The notes: a model not told the origin generated them from the sequence alone. 64,000 nucleotides of DNA from Dimorphilus gyrociliatus (GCA_904063045.1 CAJFCJ010000006.1:558001-622000); one strand, 5' to 3'. Shown: positions 25,825-38,689, counted from the first letter of the stretch. Made by a program: numbers and translations.

Positions 25825-28651
25825 ATGTCAAAGTGTATTGACCATGTATGTACTTCACAAAATAATGGTGATTACTCTGCGACTAAAGAGAATGTAAATC
25901 AAGTTCCCAGTCTTCAAAAATCAGCTTTAAAATATATTTTAAATAATGTGGAAAATATTATTGGTCACCGGATGACATTTCTTCCTTGGAATGTAGCAGA
26001 ACTAATATTGGAAGGAATCGATCATGAAATTGACGGAATTCAAGAAAAGTATTTAACATACTTTACTTCTGACAGCTCTTGCTTGAGGACAGTTCGTTTA
26101 AACGGGACAAAAATTAGTCAAAATATCTCAATGAAATTTTTGAAGGGTCATCGAATAGATGTTTTGGAGGCAGTGAACATTCACTTGTTTTGCGTTGAAG
26201 AATGGCTATGCTACGTAGATAATATTCATTTAAAGCACTTAAACATTTCCAAATGCCTACTCAGTAGGCAGGATATAAACGTCATAGTATGTTTAACACG
26301 CTTTCACAACCTCATTACGTTAGACGTTAGCTCGACTGCTTTTAATAATCAAAATTTAAAGTTTGTAGTAGATCAGTTACCCTTACTCCAAGGATTGAAC
26401 TTATCGGAAACAAAAGTAACTGATTTAGAAACTTTGAATAAATTACGGGAATTAAAAATTTTCATGTTCAAAGATAATGATACAAATTCATATAAACATT
26501 TGAAAGATGTTATGAATTTAAAAATGATTGATTTATCTTCTGAATTATGGACAGAACCTCAGAAAAAGTCCCTAACGGATTTGTTACAAATTGCTAAATG
26601 GCCAGATATACGCTATCTCGATATTTCTGGTAATATGGAATGTAATGAGAATATATTGAGGTATGTATTATTTTTTATATACTTGAAAATATAGCCAGTC
26701 TATGAACAATCTTGAAAATCTTTTTAGAAATTTTCTCAAAGCTCATAAAAAGTTAACTTTTCTTGGAATCTTTAAGACAAACTGTGAAAGCCTCACGATT
26801 TTTGATCCAAAACACAAAGAACATTTTTTTGGTTTAAAGGTACGATATCATTATCATTAAATATTTCCGTCAACAAAATTATCATTCAGACTACTGGAAC
26901 GGAAAACCTTGGACAAATAATAACTTCATTGAAGACATATAAACATTATCACTCTTGGTGTTTTGAGTGTATTCGAAAATTTTTTCATTTGTCTCTCCCT
27001 CCGCTAGATTTCAGTACACTTAACATATACTGTGAAAGTATCAACGTAAGCATAATCAAACTTTTTACATTTAATAAGATTGTTTTAACATTTTAGACTT
27101 TGACTGATTTAATGAATCACTGGAAACCAACACGATACAAAAATAGTGAAAAACTAAATATCCACATGGGCGGTTTGGCTTGTCTTTATAATCTTACAAA
27201 AGATGAACCGTCATTATTGCCATTGGGTTTAATATCTGTAATTGTTAATTGCTGTCTGGACGCTGTGGAATGCGGCGTTCATCAAGAGCAACTTGTTAAA
27301 AACGGTCTAATGATTTTATGCTCTGATTACATTTTAAATAACGTTGTAAGTAAAAATACTTTAATCGAGTTATGCTTAATCTGCTTTTTCAGCGTTTTGA
27401 CAGGTATCGATGTTTAAAAACAGTTCTAGATGTCATGTTAGTAACAAACAATGAAGGAATAATTCGAATGTCCGTGGCCATTTGTTCAATATTAGCTTCT
27501 CAGGTAAAGTTTTTTCCAAAAAATTTAAACTAACAACTTTTTTTACAGTTAACAACAAAGCAAACTGCCAAATTATGTAAAAACTCAGAATATATTACAA
27601 AAATGATTGCTTTAGTAAAATCTAAAGTAGAGCCATATTTAAATGTGGACTATGTTTTACGATTTACATTGAGTGCTCTTTGGAATATTACTGATGAATG
27701 CTTACAAACTTGTAGAACATTTATCAAAAAAGGCGGTCTTGATGTTTTTAAACAGGCTTTAGAGGTAAAATGTAAAAGGGAAAATATTGAATATTGTTAA
27801 TAGTTTATTTTCCGTAAAGAAAGTAGATTCACTATCCGTTGATGACCCCTTTGTCAGCACCGAAACAAAACTTTTTGGATTGTTGGTAAGCAGTTATAAT
27901 TCATTTTATTATAATGAATATACTGAATTTCTATTTATTAAATAAAAAATGTTAGAACAATATAGCCGAAATTCCTGAACTAAGAATACACTTGTTAATT
28001 GATGAAGATTTGATGAATGCAATAATTCAAAGACTCAAAAAGTCGAATATTGTCTCAATTGCCTATTTCGCAGCCGGGATACTTGCAAATATAATTATCG
28101 GACGTATGCTAAAACAGTCTTCCTGTAAAGACCTCTATTTTCATCAAAGATATTTTTTTAGACGATTTTTCAGGAAATGAAAAGTTTACGACATTAGTGT
28201 TTGTGAAAAAAAGATCTGAATATGCTAAACTCCTTGTAAGTTTTAAATGTTTAAATACGAAAAGTATCATATCGCAAATTATACTTAAAGGCAGAGTCTG
28301 TTGAATCATGGCCGGAACAAGAAACCGAAGTCGTTGCTTATAGATCGTTCAAACCATTTATACCTCTTCTCCGAAATTCTGAATTTTATGGAGTACAGTT
28401 GTGGGCTTTATGGGCAATAGAACACGTTTGCAAGTTGAACAGTTAGACTAAATTTCATTGTTGACATGACACGATTATGATTCTTTAATGTTTTAGGCAA
28501 GAGATATCTTCCAATGTTTCAAAGAGACGGAATTCTCACAGTTTTAAAAAAAAGGCTTGAAAACTCATATCACATGTTTGGAAACGAAAGATTAAGAAAA
28601 AAAGCAAGAGACGTTATTATATTCTTTGAAGAAAATCGAAATACTTGTTAA
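25825..28651 (+). CDS. ZYG11: ZYG-11 family CRL2 substrate adaptor (LRR + ARM repeats, multi-exon)
   Basis: LRRs, then VLRFTLSALWNITDECLQTCRTF, YFAAGILAN and WPEQETEVVAYRSFKPFIPLL...VQLWALWAIEHVC. Confidence 0.9.
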
Positions 28652-29699
28652 ATATCTAATATATATACTTTTATTTATCTTGTTTCTGCAAAAATTCCTT
28701 CAAGGCGGGAAAGACAATTTTAAAGATATTTTTGAATCAAAAAAACATCTAAGTGACTTTTTACCAGCAATTTTAGGAACATTTTCAAAAGATCTATTGA
28801 ATACAATAAGCAGTATTTTATTCGTTTAATATAAAAGACATTTTTACAAAAAATGATAATAAAAAAACAGTAAAAGTAAAACGACTAGCTAGCTAAGCAT
28901 CAATTAGTTTTTATATAATGTGATGTATTTTTTAATATTATTCATATATAATTATTCATACTATAAAGTTCCATAGTTAAAAACTAAAGTTTCCAAACAC
29001 CGGAATTTTTAATGAGAAAAGGGGAACTGTAGTTCGATCAAACGGTAGAAAGAGTTATTCATGTTTAGCGAAATTTTACCAATCCTCCATGTTTTCTTCG
29101 TTTGAATTAGTTAAAAAACTCATCCAATTCCCTATATGAAATAGTAATAACTATAAAAATTTGTTTGGGGGCTTATGTTCCAATAATTCAGATCTACGGA
29201 TAAATCAGTCCTTTGATATTTGGTCTTCCAATTTATTTATTTATTGATCATTGAGTTGCGACAGTCATGATAATAAATAATTATGATAAGTTGCTAAAAA
29301 ATAAACTTCATTGGTTTAGATGTTTCTAAATCATGCTTGTGTTGGAAAAACTTTCATTGAAAGATGATTTTTGTAGAAGAAATTTCCATTTAAAGCATCA
29401 GTTTTTCAGTCTGTTTTTAATATGTAATTAGACAGCTTTCAAATAATTATGAAACACACCGAATGTTCAAAACCATGAAAACTTTTTGTTGAAAAATATT
29501 TGTTATCTAAAGAATTTAGAAAAAGATTTTTTTACAAATATATTTTTTTAGAAATTCAGACACAATTATTTAGACACGGATACATTTATTTTCGATTATT
29601 TGTAACAAAATTCAATTGTACATTGAACTTCAATCGAAGCCTAAAAAAGATCAATAACTTCAGAAATGTATATTTTGGAGAAAACATCAGAATTCTGAA

Positions 29700-30275
29700 A
29701 GTGATGTAACATAAATAATGATAAACTGAACATCTTTAAAAGAAGTAAGCCTTAGAACCATTTAGAGAAAGCTAAAAAGGCAATTTCAAATTCAAAAGAA
29801 TCAGGGAAAGAACAGTTGTCATCACTAAAGATTGAAAACAAAGTGATTAGGGAAAATCTAGACTGATTTAGTTAGCCAACTGGACCTGATGATTTTAGAA
29901 AATAGACTAACAATGATGAAAAACAGGTTAGGGTGACGCAAAATATGGGGAGAGCGGAGTATTGAAGTAGGTTTTGATATTCTCTGATGACATATTCGGA
30001 GTTTCGAGGAAAAGGAAAAAAAAATGCCGAAATTTCATTGTTGAAGATGTTTTTCCTGTTATAGAAAAGATTGAGACAAAAATGGGCGAGAAGTGCATCT
30101 TCCAGCCAGAAAATGCTAGATATCATTCAGAAAGAGCAACAGAAAGGGCCTTTAAAAAGAATGAAATCAAGACTACTGATTGGCCAACAAGGAGCCCTGA
30201 CCTAAGCCCAATCGAGAACATGTGGCACCTAACATAAATAATGGTCTATAAGGAGCCACAATTGAAGAATTTAGG
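29700..30275 (+). mobile_element. Decayed Tc1/Tc3-type DD34E transposase remnant
   Basis: IFSDD, IFQPENARYH and WPTRSPDLSPIENMW. There are exactly 34 residues between the second acidic position and the E of PIE. The segment between catalytic motifs 1 and 2 is shortened and stops flank it. The 5' boundary is approximate. Confidence 0.8.
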
Positions 30276-30489
30276 TAAGTTTTTACATAATTTTTTGTTT
30301 TTATAATATGTATTGTTCTGTTGATTTTTAATCTATTATTGATAATAATAATAATTGGAGCAGGCGGTATGATGTTCATTTTTTTAACTTCTTTTTATAA
30401 ACACTATGCCTCATTACCATGTAAGTTAGATAACAAGTAAGGTTGCCTTTTTACAATCTCGTAGGAACACTTTTGGATTTTCATCCAAA

Positions 30490-30925
30490 ATTCCTTCTCA
30501 GATTCGAAATGTGCACTCTCATAAACAAGTTTTTGGTGAGATGCCACATAGAGTGAATTTGGCTGAGATCAGGTCTCTTTGCAAGCCAATCAAGAGGGTG
30601 GATCCATTTATCTCAAAGTATTGGCCAATGCAGTTTTGCATTGTCTTGATAGAAGATGTTCTACCTCTCCGCTTTGACTGATATGTCTTTTATTATAGGC
30701 AGAACATCTTCCACAATAAAACTGCTATAGTATTCAGGTTTTTCTTCATCCTCCATTACACAAATATTCAATTAGATGTTATGCGTTTCTATCAATTACT
30801 CCATCTCTGCCGATATTTTTCATTGTGATCCCTGAAAAGACTTCACAATTTTCACAATCATTGGTTCTCAAGTTATCGGGGTCACTCAGTGAAAATCTAG
30901 CCCCGTCGGTGAAAATTATTTTAGA
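30490..30925 (-). mobile_element. Second decayed Tc1/Tc3-type transposase remnant, opposite orientation
   Basis: Minus-strand translation gives IIFTDGARFSLSDPDN, FIVEDVLPII, IFYQDNAKLH and DWLAKRPDLSQIHSMWHLT, with in-frame stops. Confidence 0.78.
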
Positions 30926-32421
30926 CTAGTCTAGATGTTGACCTCACTCGTTTATACTTGAAATTTTGTTTTTTACAGATCTTTCTGAAATGTTAGTTGT
31001 AGTAAAATTTATCAACCTTTTATCAATATAGAAAAAATTGATGTTTACGAAACATATGTTGCTGTTAATAATAACAAATATTATCTTTTTATCAATTATT
31101 TTTTTGATATTACTTTAAGTATATATAAATTTAAATAAAAAATACTTATTTCGGGGGAAAAAATATTTTGACCTTTTTTTTAAATTTGGCTTTTTAAGAT
31201 TTAGAGTGTTTATGCTGATTACTCTATATTTGAAAAGCCGAAAGTTTCTAACCGTATGGAGCGATCAAATATATAAAATCAGGAAAATTACATATTTACC
31301 CATAGAAATCAAATTGGTCAAAAATCTAGCAAGAAACCAAAATATTAACACTCACGTTCTTCTTTGTATTTTTTGTAAATACCTTCCATAGAAATATCAA
31401 TATAAAATCTAGATCGAAAAATATAAATAGATTTTAGCAAATTCTTAAAAAAGAAACATGTCTTAAGTTTTAAAACTAAAATGGTCTTTAAACGAAATTA
31501 GAATTTAGGCGTAAAACATTTTTAAAAAATATTTTTATTTCTGCTAATGTAAATTCAAATATTTTTTTCAAAATACTTGTTCTTTATGATATCTTAACTT
31601 GATCCTACACATTATTTGGAATAAGTGTAATACGGAGATTTTCAGACGATAAATCTGTTTTACTTACAATAGACTACCGTTGGGTAAAATTTCACAAGTC
31701 AATTTATTAAACAAAAGCAAAAAATGTATTTTTAACAGTTTAACCAAAATAATAAGCTTTTAACTTTTCCTACAAATTGTTATATTTACCAATTTAGTAT
31801 GTTTTTATAACAAAATATAATTTTTAACTATGTAGAATGTCGTTCCGTATGGGAAATTTGAAGGTGGGGAGAAACTATATTAAGATTAACCATTAAAATC
31901 TTTTTATACGAAGTTTTTGATTTAAAACAAGTATTTTCAATCCTTTCCTTCTGGAGAAATTTCTGTAAAAACTAATTGAATGGCTTTTTTTTTACATATT
32001 ATCAACATTTGTCATGTCTATTAAAAGGCAGCCTAGTAGTCTCTTTAAGAGATTAGAAAAAAAATTGACTTGATATATTGCACAATGATAAAAACATGCC
32101 AAAAATATCAGAAAACATGAAAAGTGACATCGAAAAGTGTTTGTTAAAAACTATTTCTAAATGCCCTTTTAGTAATAAGATACAATACAATTAAAGAGTT
32201 ATTATTACTATTGTATTATAATACAGTTAAATAAAAAGAAAATGTAGTTTATAACTTTATCTCTACGTAAAATAGGTGACATCCGAAAAATTGCTCGTAT
32301 CCTAAAATTCCTCAAACAAGCCGTTTAAAACTTTAGTAGTTTTTGTCTATAATTGTATTTTAAATTACTTTTTGATCATTCCGAACATACAACATTTAAA
32401 CATTCAACTTAGTTTTTCTTT

Positions 32422-32724
32422 TTAAACGTTTTTAACATCTCTTCCAAATCTTCCTCCAACTTGAAGTAGATCATGGGCGATTCTCTTTTTAAAATCAGCA
32501 TCACTGCTTCTCTTCTTTCCAAATCTACCACCTCCCCATCCATAATCTGCGTATGTTTTTTGTCGTTTATCTCTTCCAGAGCGAATGATTTCTAAAGCTT
32601 TATTGAAAAAAATTTTACATTGCTCCAAATCTGTGTTTTCATTAGCAGTCTCAGTAGCTGCACTGAAAACTAATGAACACACTAAGATAGCACCCAAAAC
32701 AGTGATAAGTTTAGAACTTAGCAT
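32422..32724 (-). CDS. Sulfakinin/cholecystokinin-gastrin-type neuropeptide precursor
   Basis: Signal peptide, then KR-QKTYADYGWGGGRFG-KKR and KKR-IAHDLLQVGGRFG-R. DYGxGGGRFamide is the spiralian sulfakinin/CCK motif. Confidence 0.9.
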   Translation of the reverse strand: MLSSKLITVLGAILVCSLVFSAATETANENTDLEQCKIFFNKALEIIRSGRDKRQKTYADYGWGGGRFGKKRSSDADFKKRIAHDLLQVGGRFGRDVKNV

Positions 32725-33160
32725 TTTAACTCTCTCACTTTGCTAAAAATGTTTACGAATGTTTTTTTTCAACATATTTATACTGTTACATTTATTGTTA
32801 TTCAAAAGAGGTTTATGTTAATTCTTCTACCAATAGGACTTTTCATTTAAAATACCAATAATACTTTTGCTTTGTAATTATGTCACTGTATGGTTTTCGC
32901 CTTTAATAACATCTCTAGCGTGAAAAGGAAAACCGTAAGAGTTTAAATTGTAAGGAGGTTTCTACGCTTTGCGTGACGCTTTTTTGGGTAGTCAGAAATA
33001 GGCGATAAAATGATAATCTGATGTGGCAGTCTCGTTAAACAGTTTGGCTTTTCTTTCTTTTTTTACACGATACCATTTTAACTCCCTCTTTAGTAGAATT
33101 TGCCAACTAATAACCAAGGAATAAAAAATGAATTTAAAGAATTTGTTCATTTGACCTAAA

Positions 33161-33914
33161 ATGTCCAGTCTGTCTACAACAGCCTGCTATCCAAAATTGT
33201 CAAAAAGTCGAGAATGGAAATATTCAATATGCCACTGTTTTAAATCTCCAAAAATTTGCTGTAAGAGTGTTTTCTGCCCGTGCTGGGTCTTCGGTAGGAC
33301 AGCTGAAAAAGTTGACGAAGACTGCTTTTGCTGTGGTTGTCTTTGGCTTCTTGCGTTTCCTGGTCTTTATGGTCATTTTCGTGTACGTGGACGAATTCGC
33401 GAATATCTTGATATTAATGTAAGTTATTTACGGTTTGTTTTTGCGCCATTTTCACAAAATATTGCCTACAATTGAATGCTCAGATCAGATTTGCTTTTCA
33501 CGCATAAAGCATGATTGAATGGAATAAGTCGATTGATAATGGCAATCGCTGGTTTCTTAATATTTTTGATATTTTTAAAAATTTTCAACTTTCTGTTTTC
33601 TCGTTCGTTTGTCCTTGTTTAGTTTTTGGATCAATAACAAAAACATTGGGAGAAAATTTTAAATTTTGTTCTTGTCTCTTTTGTCTATGCTGCTTTGGTT
33701 GCTATGCTCACTATCGTGTCCGAGGGGTTTTAAGACAAAAAATGAATATTATGGTAATTGTTCAATACTTTTAAGAATTAAACTATTCGAAATTTTTTAG
33801 GGAAGCTGGAAAACCGATTGTCTGTACGCCTATTTTTGTGGACCATGCGCATTGATTCAAGAAGCACAAGAGCTCGAACAAAACCTTAAAGAAAAAAAAA
33901 TCGAAAGATCATAA
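33161..33914 (+). CDS. PLAC8/cornifelin-family protein, form A (exon 33161-33418 + shared exon 33801-33914)
   Basis: EWKYSICHCF...CCKSVFCPCWVFGRTAEKV...RGRIRE, a phase-0 GTAAGT donor, and a terminal exon GSWKTDCLYAYFCGPCALIQEAQEL. Confidence 0.75.
33511..33914 (+). CDS. PLAC8/cornifelin-family protein, form B (exon 33511-33753 + shared exon 33801-33914)
   Basis: RWFLNIFDIF...SFVCPCLVFGSITKTL...RVRGVLRQK, and a phase-0 GTAATT donor at the homologous position. Confidence 0.75.
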
Positions 33915-34033
33915 CAATAAACTCTAAAAGTATAATTTCTAATAATCCGTAGTGTATACACATAAAATGCCTAATGCTAAGCCTTATATTAAATATTTTC
34001 AATAATAAACACTTCAGAAATATTTTTATATGA

Positions 34034-35350
34034 TCAAGCGTTTTTTACTCGATCCCAATGTAGAGGTCCTCTTTTTCGCCATGGTCCTACTTCGTTTTTT
34101 CGTGGACTTAATTCACATTGAAGTTGCTGCCATCGTTGATCATTTTCTATTACACCTTTGTTTAAAACATCTCTTTTACCTTAAACAAGAATATATTTCA
34201 ACTTACCTTCTTCACATTGTTGTTTACTTTTTGACAACATTTGTTGCTGTTGTTTCTCGATTTTATCAGCGTGGGTAAATTTCGATAAATGCTCATGTGC
34301 TTTTTCTTTCATGGGACCTGAAAACACAAATCAAGCCCAACATATAAAGCTAATGAATAATACCTGTTAAAGTCCCAGTAAGCTTAGTAATCAATTTAAC
34401 CCTGAGATCAGAAAGGGATTCGTTAGGTCTTCTGTTGTTATCGCTGTGTGCTGAAGTACTTCCTTCATTTTTCGCGCTAAAATCGTGCTGTTGTGGCGAA
34501 AGTCTTCCATGATATTCATCAACAAGCCTTTGTAGTTTTGGAAATAGAAGGTTACTATCGTGTCGAATTTTTGAAAGCCTTCTGTTTGTTTTATTTAAAA
34601 AAATAGGTATTGTATGTAAAGAGGACACTTCGTTTGTGTCACTCATTTTCTCGCTTGGTTCGCTGATTATTTCAGGTGGTGCAAAACCAGAAAAGCCAGG
34701 ATGTAGAAGCAAAGGCATTGTTTTAAAACAGTCGTTAGCGGGTTTGGGAATTTTGTCTATGACGGGAACCAGCAATGTTTTCGACCGATACACTCCTTCA
34801 ATTGACTCATCCGGATTTATTTTCAGAATGTCAGCCTGTTCATCTAAAGCTTGAGTTTTTATGTCACTAAATGTATGACCACGAAATATCTTTCTACTAT
34901 TTTGTGGTTTTACAGAATCAATTGTGTCTGAAGTCAATGGTCTTTTTGAGTTTTCCATCAGTGGCTTTTTCTTTATTTTTTTTTTCTGAACAGGCGGATT
35001 TGACCAAAGAGTTAGTTCTTTTTCAAGTACCTTTAAAAGCTTTTTTGAAGTTGCGGCTAAAATATTTATGCACTTACTTGATTTATGAAAAACATTCTCT
35101 GATTAAAATTCAGAACAACATTGCGTCGTCTCCTTTGACGATCAATTTTGGTTGAGTAAGCTTCTAGCTGCCTCTTTTCTCGAGGATTGGCGAAACATAG
35201 AGCTTCTCCCAAATCTGTTCCTTTAAAAGCCTTTGAGTAGTCTGGCATTTGTAGAGCATGAACGTTGTATTCATTTGGTTTCACAAAATCGACATTAGAT
35301 ATTGCTACATTTTTTGCACATTTTCTTTTTGCGAAGATTTTTTCAGACAT
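34034..35350 (-). CDS. Uncharacterized multi-exon protein
   Basis: Minus-strand ORFs (35066-35350, 34350-34958 and two small 3' exons) are joined by GT-AG junctions. No family motif was recognised, and the 3' end is uncertain. Confidence 0.55.
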
Positions 35351-35648
35351 GTTTCTCTTTTGTAGAATTTTTGATATTTAAGAGAAATTTAGTGGTGGAT
35401 TAGTAATTTTTTCGATTATGATTTACTTTATATTAAGATTATTGATAATATTTTATTTTAATAATCCTTTCTTTGAGTTTAGATTACTAAGACATAATTA
35501 ATATTCTTAAAGCCATTAAACTAAAGCCTATTTTTTTTTAGATCGAAATGTCTATTATACTTGTGTATTTATTGCAAAGAATATAGACATGATAATATTA
35601 AATATTTTAACGATAAAATATAGACAAATTTTATTTTTGTCAGTCATT

Positions 35649-36278
35649 TTAATTTTTTATAATAATATGACATCCAATCAAGCCTATTCCAGTCCATTCT
35701 TTAGGTTTTAGCTTCAGAATTTTAACCTCACTTCCACTCCGAACTCTCAAAAGAATAGTTTTGTTCTTACTGTGCTGAACAATTTGAGCCACAGATGATA
35801 AACCATCAAAATTATTTTTTGTCATCGATCCGAATTGTAAAATTTCGTCTCCTGGTTTTAAACCGGCAATAAAGGCCGGAGATTGTTTTTCAACTGAAGA
35901 TATTTTTAGAAAACCTTCTTTTGTAATAGAGTTATCTAGCTTTTCCATTTCCTTAGCGATTTCATGATTTTTATGTGAATGCAAATCATATAGAATGTTT
36001 TCAATGATTTTCATTAAATCCTTGTAATCATTTTGTAAACAATTAATTTTATTTCTGACAATTCTTGTTGATAAAATGTCAATGTCAGATCTTGGGAATC
36101 CCTCGTTGTCAATTAAATTTTCGGTTAAATTCGTTCCTATCTAAAAAAAAAATTATTGGAAAAATACAAAGTAGATAGATAGTCTTACCATTTTTAATTC
36201 GTTATGTAGAGTGTTTAATTCATCTTCCATTGAAGCCTTTTTCGACATTAAAGCAGAAATGTTTTGAAAATCAGACAT
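35649..36278 (-). CDS. PSMD9: 26S proteasome assembly chaperone PSMD9/Nas2 (coiled coil + PDZ), two exons
   Basis: LIDNEGFPRSDID...INCLQND; SPAFIAGLKPGDEILQFGS; KEWTGIGLIGCHI. Confidence 0.93.
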
Positions 36279-36425
36279 GGTCAATATTTGAACGAAATGT
36301 TTTCCACTTATTTAAAATTGTGATATCCATTCACCGCCATTTTGCTACCTTCAACATTAGTCTAATATACAGGACGAAAAGCTTTTAAAAAAACTGCTGT
36401 GATGTAAACAAGTTTTAAATGAAGT

Positions 36426-37531
36426 ATGTTTCCTAATATAAGAAAAATCTTTTTCTGTTCAATTTCAATAGTCTTGCTGTTATTTATTTGGAAAAATTAT
36501 GTGACATTGCATAGTGGGAAAACTACTAAAGTTGCTGTTACAGAAAAAACTGTAATTTCTACTCACAATTTAAAATTTCCAAGAAATGTGTCAACAGTAT
36601 CAGAATCAAACTTTGTGACAGACTCTATTCCCCTAAATGAAAATTCCTACTATACACTAGCTGATAAAGAGATAAACTCGTTTTATTTCAAATTTCTCTT
36701 TCCTCAAAAAGAGCTATGTTCAGATAAAACTGTATTCTTCATTGTTATTTTATCAGCAGGTATTATATCCATTTTCACGTTTTCCTTTTTTACCAGAAAT
36801 TTTTTTCTATAGTTATGAATACCGTCCAACGTGAAGCCATTCGTAAAACATGGGCCTCTAAAGAGTCGAGTCATATTAAAAGTGGAGCTTATAAAATTTT
36901 TTTTCTCTTGGGTAACGTTGAAGCCGAAGGAACAGATTTTTGGATTTTTAAAGAAACCGAAAAATATAGAGATATTATCCAAGTAAATATTACTGACACG
37001 ATGTCCAATCTTGTGTATAAATCTTTGGCATCTCTAAAGCTGAAGCGTGATCACTGCGGCACTGCATCCTTCTATGTAAAAGTGGATGATGATGTTCTAC
37101 TTAATCTTCACAATTTAGAAACTGCAATATCCAAAGCTAAAATGAAAAACTGGGGAATTATGGGGTCACTAAATATCCAAGATAAAGTCAAAAGAAAATA
37201 TTCTAGAGCCGTCAGTAAGAAAACTTATCCATTCACGTTTTACCCAAAGTACGAAACTGGTGCATGCTATGTCATTACTAAAGATCTAATTGAACCATTA
37301 ATATCAGCATCTAAAAAAATGAAAACAATAAAAAGTGAAGATGCATATATTACCGGTATATTGGGAAGAATGCTAAAAGTTAAACATTATAAACAGGAAG
37401 GGTTTTCTTTTTGGAAATCTTTGATTTCAAAAGATGAATGTGAATTCATTAAAGGAAAAATTTCCCTTACAAATTTTGAATCACCAAAAAAAATGGAAGA
37501 GTATTGGCACAAAGCCCAGATGTGTAGCTAA
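36426..37531 (+). CDS. GT31 beta-1,3-galactosyltransferase-like, copy A (one short intron near 36761-36812)
   Basis: Type II membrane anchor; REAIRKTW, DIIQVNITD, KVDDDV and EDAYITG motifs. Confidence 0.88.
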
Positions 37532-37660
37532 TACTTGAAAGAGTGTGCTATGTTGAAATTGGAAATTTTGTTATTTTTTTATGCTTGATAAATAATGCTT
37601 TATTGTCACTATTATGTTCATTTCTTGTAAGCTGGGCTTTTATTTTATAGGTTTCGCAAA

Positions 37661-38689
37661 ATGATTCGGAGCGATTGGTATTACCTTAAATGGATCTGTC
37701 TTTTAGCATTTACAACTTGGATACTTTTAGGATGGATTAAGAGAGACTCCAAGATCATTTTGCCTCATAATGGACAATTGATACATACCGACATTTTCAA
37801 TGAAACAAGGTTGAACATTTCTAAGCTGCTTGCTAAGAAAAAGTTTGAAAAGAATAACAAATACGTTATTGATAAGGATTACAAATTCGCAAAAACATTG
37901 AAAAGAGAAAATAAAGTACTTTTCTTCGAGTTTAAAATTCCGGAGACATCACTTATTTGTTCAAATGAAACAGAATATCTTATTTTGATCCATACGAATC
38001 TTAAACATTTTGAAAAAAGAAAAATTTTACGGAGTTCTTGGATTAAATTTGCTAATCAATCAAAAGTATATTTTTTCATTGGTACGCATTTAAACGAAAA
38101 ATTGAAGCTTGCTATTATAAAAGAAGCAGAGGAATTCAAAGATATTGTTCAAGTAAATATAATTGAGTCTTATAGTAATTTAGCTTTAAAATCAGTGGCA
38201 GCTTTGCACTTTAAAGATACATTTTGCCCTTCATCTAAATATCTGATCAAAATTGATGACGACGTTATTCTGAATTTTGAAAATTTAATTAAAGCTGTAG
38301 TTCAGTTAAAGTTTACACAGTGGGGAATACTAGGTAAAACAAATATTAAAAGCAGAGTACACCGAAATGGAAAATGGAAAAATACTAATTATCCATATAA
38401 CTTTTACCCCATTTATGAATCAGGCTTATTCTATATGATGACAGCTGATTTGATTCGACCAATGATTCAGGTTTCCGAAATAATTGAAATCATTCCGATT
38501 GAAGATGTTTTTATAACAGGTATTTTAGCCAATTGTTTAGGGGTTAGACATTATTTTGCAAGAGGATTTTGTTCTGCCGAAACTGAAGTTCAGGATCCAT
38601 GCTCATTCAAAAAAAGTGGAATCACACAAACAAACTTTAAAAATCTTTATCAGTTGAAAATTTTCTGGTTTAAAATTATGAATTGTTGA
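37661..38689 (+). CDS. GT31 beta-1,3-galactosyltransferase-like, copy B (intronless)
   Basis: N-terminal anchor; RKILRSSW, DIVQVNIIESYSNLALKS, KIDDDV and EDVFITG motifs. Confidence 0.9.
   Translation: MIRSDWYYLKWICLLAFTTWILLGWIKRDSKIILPHNGQLIHTDIFNETRLNISKLLAKKKFEKNNKYVIDKDYKFAKTLKRENKVLFFEFKIPETSLICSNETEYLILIHTNLKHFEKRKILRSSWIKFANQSKVYFFIGTHLNEKLKLAIIKEAEEFKDIVQVNIIESYSNLALKSVAALHFKDTFCPSSKYLIKIDDDVILNFENLIKAVVQLKFTQWGILGKTNIKSRVHRNGKWKNTNYPYNFYPIYESGLFYMMTADLIRPMIQVSEIIEIIPIEDVFITGILANCLGVRHYFARGFCSAETEVQDPCSFKKSGITQTNFKNLYQLKIFWFKIMNC

Noticed and set aside
28100-28110. Apparent GA donor in ZYG11 (ATCG|GACGTA)
   Set aside because: A canonical GTATGC donor three bases later gives the right phase and alignment.
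31240-31870. Possible degenerate MITE termini (CCCATA motifs)
   Set aside because: The similarity is weak in very AT-rich DNA, with no target-site duplication seen.
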